A stretch of 64,000 nucleotides of DNA. Origin: Alphaproteobacteria bacterium. GTDB lineage: Bacteria; Pseudomonadota; Alphaproteobacteria; JABAAW01. This document shows positions 9,370 through 17,893 of the stretch, piece by piece. A program made the position numbers and the translations under genes. Within the stretch, counting starts at the first letter, position 1. Every line of letters begins with the position of its first letter. The notes beneath the pieces were generated by a model, which made no database searches, had not been told where the DNA came from, and worked only from the letters and a program-made list of their open reading frames with translations. The stretch covers positions 32,374 to 96,373 of the forward strand of contig JABACB010000001.1 in assembly GCA_014237925.1 (NCBI GenBank), read 5' to 3'.

Positions 9370-10449
9370 ATGAGAGCGGCAGCAGATGCGGCAGTAGGCG
9401 GCGAAAGCGTCGGATCGAGCGTCTCCGCCGAGAAGGCGGGATTGGAAGCCTGGGAAGGAACGCTCGCGCGCCCCGTCTCCCTCAAGGGTCTTGGCGTGCA
9501 TTCGGGACGCGATGTCTGTGTCGCGTTGCGTCCGAAGGAGCCGGGTTTTGGGATCGTGCTTCGCAGGACCGATCTTGCCAACGGACAGCGCGACATTCCC
9601 GTGCACTACGAGCGCGTCGAGCCGCGACGCTTGTGTACGAAAGTTGTCAATGACGCGGGCATGGCGGTCTCGATGGTCGAACATCTCATGTGCGCGCTCG
9701 CGATTGCGCAAATCGACAATCTTCTCGTCTTGCTGGACGCCGACGAGCTTCCCATCCTCGACGGCAGCGCAGAGCCGTGGCTCAAGGCGATCTTCGATGT
9801 CGGCGTCGTTCGACAAAACAAACCCCGACGCTACTTGCTGGTAAGCAAACCCGTCGAGGTGCGAGAAGGCGACCGCTTCTGCCGTCTCCTGCCCTTTTCG
9901 GAAGGAACGGAAAGCCTGCCTTTCTCCGCAACGGCGACAGATCCGTTGTCTCATCCAAAATTGTCCCAGCCCGAGCTGTCCCAGCCCGAGCTGCCCCAGC
10001 CCGAGCTGTCGCATCCCATGCTGTCCGTAGATTTTTTGATCGACTTCCCGCACCCTGCGGTCGGACAGCAGCGTCTGCAATTTGCGCCCTGCTCGCGTGG
10101 CGCGTGGCGCGAAGGGATCGCGTCTGCGCGAACCTTTGCCTTCAAGGAAGAAATCGAACAACTGAGGAAGCAGAACTTCGCCCTGGGCGGTTCGCTCGAC
10201 AACGCCGTTCTTGTCGACGATCAGGGCATCGTCAATTCGGAAGGACTGCGCTACAAGGACGAGTTTGTTCGCCACAAGGTTCTCGATCTCTGCGGCGATC
10301 TCTACCTCGCCGGCATGCCGATCGTGGCGCGTGTGGAGGCTTGCAAATCAGGGCATCGGCTCAACAATCGCCTTCTCCACGCCCTGTTTCAGGATACGCA
10401 AGCATGGCGCGAGGCGCATCTGCCTTCAGCAACCCCCTCCTCTTTTTAG
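9370..10449 (+). CDS. lpxC: UDP-3-O-acyl-N-acetylglucosamine deacetylase
   Basis: Full LpxC homology (GLGVHSG, HKVLDLCGDLYL). An in-frame 15-bp x3 repeat insertion (LSQPELSQPELPQPEL) sits at 9955-10015. Confidence 0.85.
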   Translation: MRAAADAAVGGESVGSSVSAEKAGLEAWEGTLARPVSLKGLGVHSGRDVCVALRPKEPGFGIVLRRTDLANGQRDIPVHYERVEPRRLCTKVVNDAGMAVSMVEHLMCALAIAQIDNLLVLLDADELPILDGSAEPWLKAIFDVGVVRQNKPRRYLLVSKPVEVREGDRFCRLLPFSEGTESLPFSATATDPLSHPKLSQPELSQPELPQPELSHPMLSVDFLIDFPHPAVGQQRLQFAPCSRGAWREGIASARTFAFKEEIEQLRKQNFALGGSLDNAVLVDDQGIVNSEGLRYKDEFVRHKVLDLCGDLYLAGMPIVARVEACKSGHRLNNRLLHALFQDTQAWREAHLPSATPSSF

Positions 10450-10527
10450 GAAGGGGAGCAGGGCGGTAGCCGTAGGGCGTTGTTGCGCGAAGAAGATCTG
10501 TTTTTTGAATCTCTAAACGCAAGGCGG

Positions 10528-10586
10528 TGCAAAATGCGGCTGGGGAGACTCGAACTCCCATGCTGTTGCCAGCGGCAGATTTTGCA
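10528..10586 (-). ncRNA. tRNA-like minihelix (T-arm plus acceptor stem, no D or anticodon arms) inside an extended hairpin
   Basis: Minus strand reads GCCGCTG-(10 nt)-GGGAG TTCGAGT CTCCC-CAGCCGC-A. That is a canonical T-stem and loop with a paired acceptor stem carrying one C-C mismatch. It is flanked by complementary TGCAAAAT/ATTTTGCA. Confidence 0.35.
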
Positions 10587-11037
10587 TCCTCCCACGGCTT
10601 TCGCCGCCCTCAGGCACGCACGACGGCGACGCCCAAGGTTCGGAGGCTGGACTTTCCCTTCGCCATGAGCCCAGCATTTGCATGCAAGCTTTTAGGCGAG
10701 CGCCGTCAAGTCTCTACACCTTCCTCGTCGCTCGCGCCGCTACAGAGCGTGCAACAAGGCTTGGCACGGGATTGGCATCGCTCTGGGGAGGAAAATCCTC
10801 CGTTCGAGCGCAAAGCGTTCCCCGTTTTTGACGCTTGCTCACCGCACGGTTTCCCGTGCGGGGACCCATGTTTTCCGCTCTTCTCCCTCCTTCTCGTCAA
10901 AGGTTCTTTGCCGAGAGAGCAGGGCGGGAGGGAACTTCGAGTCTGCTGCGTCTACCGATTCCGCCACAGCCGCAGCCGCACACCACTACTAACACGTCGG
11001 CGTTGCAACGGCAACAACTATTGGCGATGTTAGGGGC

Positions 11038-11958
11038 ATGACGATCTACCTTCCGATCGCCGAGATTTCGGTCAATATGTTCGTACTCTTGTCCTTGGGG
11101 TTGGGGGTCGGAGTTCTGTCGGGCTTGTTCGGCGTGGGCGGCGGATTTCTCATGACGCCCATTCTCATCTTTCTCGGTGTGCCGCCCGCGATCGCCGTCG
11201 GAACGGAGGCCAACCAAATCTTGGCTTCCTCCACCTCGGGCTTCCTCGGATACTGGCGGCGCGGCGGCGTCGATGTCAAAATGGGAACCTTCCTCATGGC
11301 AGGCGGACTCGTGGGTTCCAGTCTCGGCGTGCTGCTCTTCACCATTCTCAAGAACATCGGACAGATCGATTTTTTTATCAAGATCGTCTATGTCGTCTTG
11401 CTCTTCGCCATCGCCTCCATGATGCTTGCAGAGGGCTTGCTGGAAAAACATCGCGCCCATCCCAAAAGAGGAGGGCGCACGAAGAAAAAGCGTCGGCGCA
11501 ACTGGACAAGACTCCTTCCTTTCAAAACGCGCTTTCGAACCTCCAGGCTCTACATCAGCAGCCTTCTGCCGCTGGCGGTAGGCTTCGTCGTCGGCGTGCT
11601 GGCAGCCATGCTCGGCATAGGCGGAGGCTTCGTCATGATTCCCGCCATGATCTACATCCTGCGCATGCCCCCCCACACCGTGACAGGCACCTCCCTGTTC
11701 CAAATCGTCTTCGTCACCGCGAACGCAACCTTCTTGCAAGCCGGCTTCAACCAAGCCGTCGATATCGTGCTCGCCATGCTGCTGGTGGCAGGCGGTGTCA
11801 TCGGTGCCCAGCTCGGCGTGCGATGGGGCAGCCGAATCGACGCCGTGCAATTTCGATTGCTGCTCGCAATCATTGTCCTTGCCGTCTGCGGAGGGCTGTT
11901 GTGGGAACTCGTCGTACAGCCGAACGAACTCTTCTCCATCACAGAAGGGATACGGTGA
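11038..11958 (+). CDS. TSUP (TauE/SafE) family sulfite/anion exporter
   Basis: Two-repeat 4+4 TM architecture with GVGGGFLMTPIL and GIGGGFVMIPAM motifs. Confidence 0.75.
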   Translation: MTIYLPIAEISVNMFVLLSLGLGVGVLSGLFGVGGGFLMTPILIFLGVPPAIAVGTEANQILASSTSGFLGYWRRGGVDVKMGTFLMAGGLVGSSLGVLLFTILKNIGQIDFFIKIVYVVLLFAIASMMLAEGLLEKHRAHPKRGGRTKKKRRRNWTRLLPFKTRFRTSRLYISSLLPLAVGFVVGVLAAMLGIGGGFVMIPAMIYILRMPPHTVTGTSLFQIVFVTANATFLQAGFNQAVDIVLAMLLVAGGVIGAQLGVRWGSRIDAVQFRLLLAIIVLAVCGGLLWELVVQPNELFSITEGIR

Positions 11959-12767
11959 TGCGTCGACTGGCAACATTCGTAGCAACATCGGCTGTCGCGC
12001 TCGCCGTCGTCGTCGCGCCGTCCTTTGCCGAAGAGCGTATCGTCGTCGATTTGTCGCGATACGATGTTCCCGTCTCGACGGGATTTTCAGGCGCAAGACT
12101 TCTTCTCTTCGGCGCAAGCCCCCAGGGCGACAGCGGTGATGCGGATATTCTCATCAAGGTGCGCGGTCCTTTGCAAAGCTACACCATGTCGCGCAAGGAG
12201 CGCGTCTTCGGCTTGTGGCGGAACGGCGCACGGCGGCACATCTCTTCTGCACCCGCTTTCTTTCAAATTCTCACCTCGCAGAACGAAGACAACTGGTTCG
12301 AGGACTTCGAACGCCGTCGCAACGCCTTCTCCTTCCGCAATCTTTCCGTTTCCGTCAAGAGCGCTCCGCCTCGCTCCGCCGACACTCCAGCGCGACAGCA
12401 AGAGCAACTTCGAGAACAGCAGCAAGAGCAGCAGGCTTTCCGTTCCGCCTTCCTGCGTCTGCAGGGACGCAAAGGGCTCTACGGAAAGCTGCCGAACAGC
12501 ATCGAGAGGTTAGGCAACAATCTCTTTCGCGTGAACCTCACGCTGCCGCCGGGGCTGCCTACGGGAACCTACATCGTCGAAACCTTTCTGATCGAAGAGG
12601 GAAAGCTTTCGAGCGCGCAGGCAACCCCCCTGTTCGTGCGTCGTGCCGGCGGCAGCGCCTTCATCTTCGCCTTTGCCGAGCGCTACAGCTTTCTCTACGG
12701 CTTTTGTGCCGTTCTCATCGCGTTGCTTGCAGGTGTCGTTGCGAATCGGCTCTTCGCCCGTTCGTAG
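11958..12767 (+). CDS. TIGR02186-family membrane protein
   Basis: Signal peptide, C-terminal TM segment, conserved position directly after the TSUP gene. ATG overlaps the upstream TGA. Confidence 0.55.
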   Translation: MRRLATFVATSAVALAVVVAPSFAEERIVVDLSRYDVPVSTGFSGARLLLFGASPQGDSGDADILIKVRGPLQSYTMSRKERVFGLWRNGARRHISSAPAFFQILTSQNEDNWFEDFERRRNAFSFRNLSVSVKSAPPRSADTPARQQEQLREQQQEQQAFRSAFLRLQGRKGLYGKLPNSIERLGNNLFRVNLTLPPGLPTGTYIVETFLIEEGKLSSAQATPLFVRRAGGSAFIFAFAERYSFLYGFCAVLIALLAGVVANRLFARS

Positions 12768-13944
12768 TCGCGCGATACACGGCTTCGATCGCCTCCGCCG
12801 CACGCCGAGCGGGGGAGTGCACAGGGGGTGCTGCGGACAGACTTCGGCTCTGCTTGTGAGGAAAAAGCGCCGAGAGCTGCTGTCTCAAACGCATTCCCTC
12901 CGCGCCCAAGTGCCGTTGTGCTTGGCGAGCGAGCAGGTCGCTCTTCGCAGCGCCTTGAATGAATTCGGGAACGATCGGGCGCGCGTGCAAAAGATTGACC
13001 AGCCCCCAGTAGCGCAGATTGTAGAAGAGCCTCGCCAAAAGAAAGGTCGAGGGGGCAAGGCGGTAGGTGAGAACATGCGGCACATGGCGCACTGCGAGCT
13101 CCGCTCCGACGGTGCCGAGGGTTGCCAATGCCGCGTTGCACGCGCACAGCGCATCTTCCTTCTCGCGCGCCTCCAAGACGAGTTGTACGGGCGGGTCGTT
13201 CGTGCGCAGCAGGGGCTTGAGCAGAGGGACAAGGCTGGGAAGGCTGGGTGCGACAAAGCGAGGCTCAGGCTTGCGCGCATCTCTCTGCAACGCGCACAGA
13301 CGGCGCGCGCTCTCTAATAGCAGCGGCGCAAGACGCCGCAACTCGCCCGTGCGGCTGCCGAAGAAAAGTCCCACGATCGGTTCTTCCGCGCCGTACAGAT
13401 GGCGTTTGCGAAAAGCTCTCCCGCAGCCGCGCGGCGCAGGATCGTCGAAAATCGGATGCCCGACATGCACGACGCGCGCTCGAAAGCCCTCGAAGTAAGG
13501 CACTTCGAACGCGTAGAAGGTCAGAATTCCATCGTAGCAGCGCGCAAACCTACGCGCGCGCCAAGGGCGAGAAAGCCATACCGAAGGCGCGATGTAGTGA
13601 ATTTTCACAGCAGCATGTTTTCCCAAAGCGCGCGCGATCCAGTACGAGCTGATCGACATATCGACGCTCAAGAAGAGATCGGGCTGTTGTGCCCGCAAGG
13701 CACGCACCGTCTGCCACAGACGCCGTACGATCAGAGGCGATTTGACGAGAGCTTCTTTCATTCCCACCACTGCGAAATCTCTTGTGTCGAACAGACTCTC
13801 CAACCCCAAGCGTTGCAACGCCTCGCCGCCTACGCCGCAGAGACGGAGCTGGGGATGGCGTTCCTTCAAGAGCCCCACCACCTCTGCTACCAAACGGTCG
13901 GCAGAGGGCTCGGCTGCAAAAACGGCGAGGCGTCTCAACTTCAC
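12715..13944 (-). CDS. lpxB: lipid-A-disaccharide synthase
   Basis: 409-aa, GT19 family homology across the full length. Confidence 0.85.
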   Translation of the reverse strand: MKLRRLAVFAAEPSADRLVAEVVGLLKERHPQLRLCGVGGEALQRLGLESLFDTRDFAVVGMKEALVKSPLIVRRLWQTVRALRAQQPDLFLSVDMSISSYWIARALGKHAAVKIHYIAPSVWLSRPWRARRFARCYDGILTFYAFEVPYFEGFRARVVHVGHPIFDDPAPRGCGRAFRKRHLYGAEEPIVGLFFGSRTGELRRLAPLLLESARRLCALQRDARKPEPRFVAPSLPSLVPLLKPLLRTNDPPVQLVLEAREKEDALCACNAALATLGTVGAELAVRHVPHVLTYRLAPSTFLLARLFYNLRYWGLVNLLHARPIVPEFIQGAAKSDLLARQAQRHLGAEGMRLRQQLSALFPHKQSRSLSAAPPVHSPARRAAEAIEAVYRATTNGRRADSQRHLQATR

Positions 13945-14813
13945 GGGGCAAGGCTGTAGAGGAAGAGGTTGCGCCTGTCGGCTTGTCTTATCGTCTCGCT
14001 CGGCGGCAGCAGCAGCGCTCCTTGTGCCTCGAAGGCGACGCCGTGCAAACCCGCACGCGCCGCGTGTTGCAAGGTTTTGATGCCGATGGCGGGAAGATCG
14101 AGGTCGCGACGTTGTCCCGTCTTCGGCAATTTGACCAGCACGCCGCCTTGGATGGAACGTTGCTTCTTCAGACGACGCACGCTATCGAGCAGCGCATCCG
14201 TTCCCTCCAGCGTCTCCAGCGCCAGCACCAGCCCCTGAGCGACGACGACACCTTGTCCCATATCCAAAGACGCGAGCCTGTCGAGAACGCGCTTGGCGTA
14301 TGCGATGTCCTTCTTGTCGGCGCGCGAAGGTCGCCGTTCGCCGAGCGCACCGCGCCGCGCAGGACAAAGGGCGGGACAGAAGGTCTGCGGGGCAAGGATG
14401 CGCACGCCGCAACAACGCAAGAGCCACGCGAGCCGCCTGAGCGCACGCGCATCCGTGTGCCGAGCGATCAGCCGTGCGGTGAGGAAGGCGAGCAGGCGGT
14501 TTCGAGTTGCACGCTCTCCCTCGCGCTTGCCCGAAGACCGCTTGTAGCCGCCCGCCATCACGACACGAGAGATGCCGCGCGCTTTGGCAAGACGCAACGC
14601 AGACCAAAAACCTTTCGGACGCACGACAGGACAGCCGTAGAAGGACGGGGCAACCCTTTGAGGAAGCCAAACGACCAAGGGACGCATTCCCCGCGCGACA
14701 CAAGCGCGAGCGACGAGGCGCGGCAACAAGCCCTCGCCGGCGACGATCGCAAGATCCGACAGACGCGAAGAATGTACGAAAGCGCGACTGCGCGAAAGTG
14801 ATCTCCCCCTCAT
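13941..14813 (-). CDS. lpxI: UDP-2,3-diacylglucosamine pyrophosphatase LpxI (DUF1009)
   Basis: DUF1009-like sequence positioned between lpxA and lpxB, as in alphaproteobacteria. Confidence 0.7.
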   Translation of the reverse strand: MRGRSLSRSRAFVHSSRLSDLAIVAGEGLLPRLVARACVARGMRPLVVWLPQRVAPSFYGCPVVRPKGFWSALRLAKARGISRVVMAGGYKRSSGKREGERATRNRLLAFLTARLIARHTDARALRRLAWLLRCCGVRILAPQTFCPALCPARRGALGERRPSRADKKDIAYAKRVLDRLASLDMGQGVVVAQGLVLALETLEGTDALLDSVRRLKKQRSIQGGVLVKLPKTGQRRDLDLPAIGIKTLQHAARAGLHGVAFEAQGALLLPPSETIRQADRRNLFLYSLAP

Positions 14814-14824
14814 GGGCCTATTTC

Positions 14825-15631
14825 CTATCTCGCGTGGCGGGTGTCGCTGAGCTCAGGGTAGGGGGTCAGCAGGGGGTAGCGGTGTCGTGCTTGGACAAAG
14901 TCGAAGACGGGTTGCAACTCCTTGACCGCGCTGAACTCTTCTTGCAACGCCTCGACGCGTTTGTCGAGCGCACCTTGTTTCTCGCGCAACTTTGCATAGA
15001 ACGCCCTGATCCTGTCGACCGCCGTGCGCGAGACCCCACGCATGAGCAGTCCGCGCGCATTCACACCGCGCAGGCAGTAGCGCGTGGCCACCGTGAGCGG
15101 CAGAACATCGAATTGCATCTGTGCGCCGGCGACGAGATAACAATCCTCGCCGATCTTGACGAAGGGTTGCGTGTCGCACTTGCCGAGCAGCACGCTACGC
15201 GCTCCGATCTCGGTGTGTCCCGACAAGCCGCACGCCGTGCCGACGATCACGCCGTCGGCGATGCGACAATCGTGGGCGATGTGCGACTTGTTCATGACAT
15301 AGCATCCCTCGCCGAGCGTCGTCTTGCCGCCGCCGGCAACGGTGCCGCGGCTGATCGTCACATGTTCTCTGATGACGCACCGCGCCCCGATCTCCAGGCG
15401 CGTCTTCTCGCCGCAATCCTTGATATGTTCAGGCTCCGTTCCCAGCGCGCAGAAAGGAAAGACTCGACAGCCCTCGCCCAGCGCCGTAGATCCCGTCAGC
15501 ACCGCATGCGAGGCGACGACGCAGTTCTCTCCGACGCTCACTCCGTCGCCGATCTCCACCCACGCGCCGATCTCGGCAGAAGCGGCGATCGTAGCGCGGC
15601 GGTCGACTCGCGCCGAAGGATGAACGCTCAT
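14825..15631 (-). CDS. lpxA: acyl-ACP--UDP-N-acetylglucosamine O-acyltransferase
   Basis: Hexapeptide-repeat left-handed beta-helix plus C-terminal LpxA helical domain. Confidence 0.85.
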   Translation of the reverse strand: MSVHPSARVDRRATIAASAEIGAWVEIGDGVSVGENCVVASHAVLTGSTALGEGCRVFPFCALGTEPEHIKDCGEKTRLEIGARCVIREHVTISRGTVAGGGKTTLGEGCYVMNKSHIAHDCRIADGVIVGTACGLSGHTEIGARSVLLGKCDTQPFVKIGEDCYLVAGAQMQFDVLPLTVATRYCLRGVNARGLLMRGVSRTAVDRIRAFYAKLREKQGALDKRVEALQEEFSAVKELQPVFDFVQARHRYPLLTPYPELSDTRHAR

Positions 15632-15635
15632 GAAC

Positions 15636-16151
15636 TCAGTCGGCGCTCTCTTCCATCATCGCCATGATCTCTGCGTCGGCAACGACGACTCCCGCAACCT
15701 TCGCCTCGCCCTTGCATCGCCACAGCACACTGCCGTTCGAACGACGTTCGCGCGCTTTCTTCACATGCAGCTCCAAGATGCAGCCCGGATAGACGGGCTT
15801 ACGGAAACGTGCGCGATCGATCCCGACAAAGTAGATGTTGCTCTGGCGCAGGCTCATCGTGTTGGACGCGCCGAAGACGATGCTGGCAACTTGCGCCATC
15901 GCCTCCAAGATCAACACGCCCGGAAAAATAGGTCTGCCCGGAAAGTGACCCTGAAACCACGGCTCGCACACGGAAATCGCCTTGATGCCCACGCCCGATT
16001 GCGAAGCTTGGATGCGCTCCACCCGATCGACCAACAGGAACGGAAAACGATGCGGCAGGATCGAAAGGATGTCCTGAATTTGCTGGTCGTCAACGCTGCC
16101 TCCTTGCGCCTCGACAGGCTTGGGGGCAGAAGGGGGAGGGGAAGAAGTCAT
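15636..16151 (-). CDS. fabZ: 3-hydroxyacyl-ACP dehydratase
   Basis: LPHRFPFLLVDRV and GHFPGRPIFPGVLILEAMAQ motifs. Confidence 0.9.
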   Translation of the reverse strand: MTSSPPPSAPKPVEAQGGSVDDQQIQDILSILPHRFPFLLVDRVERIQASQSGVGIKAISVCEPWFQGHFPGRPIFPGVLILEAMAQVASIVFGASNTMSLRQSNIYFVGIDRARFRKPVYPGCILELHVKKARERRSNGSVLWRCKGEAKVAGVVVADAEIMAMMEESAD

Positions 16152-16168
16152 GGAAATCTCGAAGAAGG

Positions 16169-17293
16169 TTACCTTGTCAGTCTATCCATTTTTTTGCGGC
16201 GACGCAATTCTTCGCGCAAGGGACGCGCCGGTCTGCCGAAGAAGATCACTCCGTCTCCCTTCAGGTTGCGCTCGGCGATCGAGCAGTTCATGATTTGCAC
16301 CCCCTCGCCGATGGTGATGTTCGACCAAAAGGTGCATTTCCCGCCGATGCCGACGCGATCGCCGATCACAACACCCTGCGCTGTCTCCATCGTGCCACCT
16401 GCCGTCACATAACGCCCGATGCGCGTCGAGCCCGAGAGCGCGCAACGTGGCGAGATTATCGTGTAATCGCCGATTTGGCAATTGTGACCGACCATGCCCT
16501 GGCAACCGATCTTCACATGCGCGCCGATTGTCGTGTCGTCCAGCGTGCCTCTGCCGATGGTCGTTCGCTTGAAAATTTCGCTCTCCGTGCCGATCAAAAC
16601 CCTTCCCAGCTGAGGGAATGTGCGAGGGATGTGGCGTTCGTCGCGCACGATACCGAACTCTTTGCCTCCGATGGCACAATGCTCGTGGACAACGACGCCG
16701 TCCGCAAGGCACGCGTTGGCGACTATCGTTCCCGCACCGATGTGGCAACGTTTGCCGATGCGTGTTCCTGCGCGCACGAGGCAGTGGCTTTCGATCCTCG
16801 TTCCCGCACCGATGGCAACCCCGTCTTCGATGACGGTGTAGGCACCGACGCAAACGGGCTCCTGCAAAATCGCTCCTGCGGCTACGATGGCGGTCGGATG
16901 GACAACATGCTCGTGCAACAAGACATCAGGCTTGAGCTTCTCGACCACTCGACACCACGCCTGTTTTGCATCCTCGACCTCGACAAGCACAGCCCTCGCT
17001 CGGCGCACGCGAGCAAGCGGCGCCTGCTCTTTCGAGATGAGGCAGAGCACGCAGCTCGGCAGCGAGAGCAGCTGCGAAAACAGCTTCGAATCTGCAAAAA
17101 AACAGAGATCACCCGCCTCGCGCGCACTCGTCAAGGCGACCAGCCTGCGTATCGGACGGTCGTGGGTTTCGTCGGGTGCGTCGGACGGTAGCGCATACGA
17201 AACACCTTCGAGCAACCCCGAAAGCGTCCAGGCTTTTTCATAGGCAACGCAAGGCAAGTCCACAGCCCTTCCGCACCCTAGCCGAGAGAACAA
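16169..17293 (-). CDS. lpxD: UDP-3-O-acylglucosamine N-acyltransferase
   Basis: Hexapeptide repeats with LpxD N-terminal domain, in the lpxD-fabZ-lpxA context. Confidence 0.85.
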   Translation of the reverse strand: MFSRLGCGRAVDLPCVAYEKAWTLSGLLEGVSYALPSDAPDETHDRPIRRLVALTSAREAGDLCFFADSKLFSQLLSLPSCVLCLISKEQAPLARVRRARAVLVEVEDAKQAWCRVVEKLKPDVLLHEHVVHPTAIVAAGAILQEPVCVGAYTVIEDGVAIGAGTRIESHCLVRAGTRIGKRCHIGAGTIVANACLADGVVVHEHCAIGGKEFGIVRDERHIPRTFPQLGRVLIGTESEIFKRTTIGRGTLDDTTIGAHVKIGCQGMVGHNCQIGDYTIISPRCALSGSTRIGRYVTAGGTMETAQGVVIGDRVGIGGKCTFWSNITIGEGVQIMNCSIAERNLKGDGVIFFGRPARPLREELRRRKKMDRLTR

Positions 17294-17324
17294 GTTTCGA
17301 CGAAGTTCGTTTCCGTGCGGAGGG

Positions 17325-17870
17325 TCAGTTTTTCGGCAACTGCTTCAGGTCTTTGTTCAGCTGCGCCGCCACCTCTTTCGTCAGGTCGAAGGTCTTGTCG
17401 CTGTGGACAACCATCGCAGCGTTGAGCACAAGCGTCAAGCCGCGCTTGCGTCCGACAGCACTGGCGGCATCGTTGATCGCCTTGTTCAAGGCTTGTTCGG
17501 CTTTCAGCACACGCTGGTCCAACGCGCGCTTCGCCTTGCCTAACTCTTCGCTCAGTTTCTGTTGGCGTTTCTGAAGCGTCAGCTGCTTGTCGCGCACCGC
17601 GCTGGGCGAAAGACTGTCCTTGGACGAAAGCAAGGCTTTCCCCTCCTTAGCCAGCTCCGCCTCGGAGTTGCGCACCTTGTTCTGCCACCGCTTCACATCG
17701 CCGTCGAGCTGCTTCTTGAAGACTTTCCACGCTTTCGAAGCGTTGGCAACTTGCGCCTTGTCGACGACGCCTACCGACAGCTCTTGTGCGACAGCTTCGC
17801 GTACAGGCGTTGCCAAAAGAAAAAAAGACAGCGCAACAAGCGCAAGACGAACTCCGATCGACCGATCCAT
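17325..17870 (-). CDS. OmpH/Skp periplasmic chaperone
   Basis: Signal peptide, coiled-coil K/Q/A-rich 181 aa, located between bamA and lpxD. Confidence 0.7.
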   Translation of the reverse strand: MDRSIGVRLALVALSFFLLATPVREAVAQELSVGVVDKAQVANASKAWKVFKKQLDGDVKRWQNKVRNSEAELAKEGKALLSSKDSLSPSAVRDKQLTLQKRQQKLSEELGKAKRALDQRVLKAEQALNKAINDAASAVGRKRGLTLVLNAAMVVHSDKTFDLTKEVAAQLNKDLKQLPKN

Positions 17871-17893
17871 GGGATTTCCTCACAGGTTGGGGG

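Noticed and set aside
10528-10625. Complete canonical tRNA on the minus strand
   Set aside because: A 5' acceptor strand is present but only 10 nt separate it from the T-arm. No D-arm or anticodon arm can be built, including in long-variable-arm models.
10636-10660. RNase P RNA, suggested by a GGGAAAGTCCAGCCTCC match to the conserved GGAAAGUCCGGGCUCC (CR-I/P4)
   Set aside because: The match is short. The required 3' partner ACAGAAnCCGGCUUA is not present, and a 350–400 nt RNA placed around it would overlap lpxC.
10528-10900. tmRNA (ssrA), one-piece or permuted two-piece, ending in the tRNA-like T-arm at 10528-10586
   Set aside because: The acceptor pairing would give G3-C70 rather than the universal G3:U70. 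No ANDN...AA tag reading frame was found on either strand. A permuted coding piece would have to overlap lpxC.
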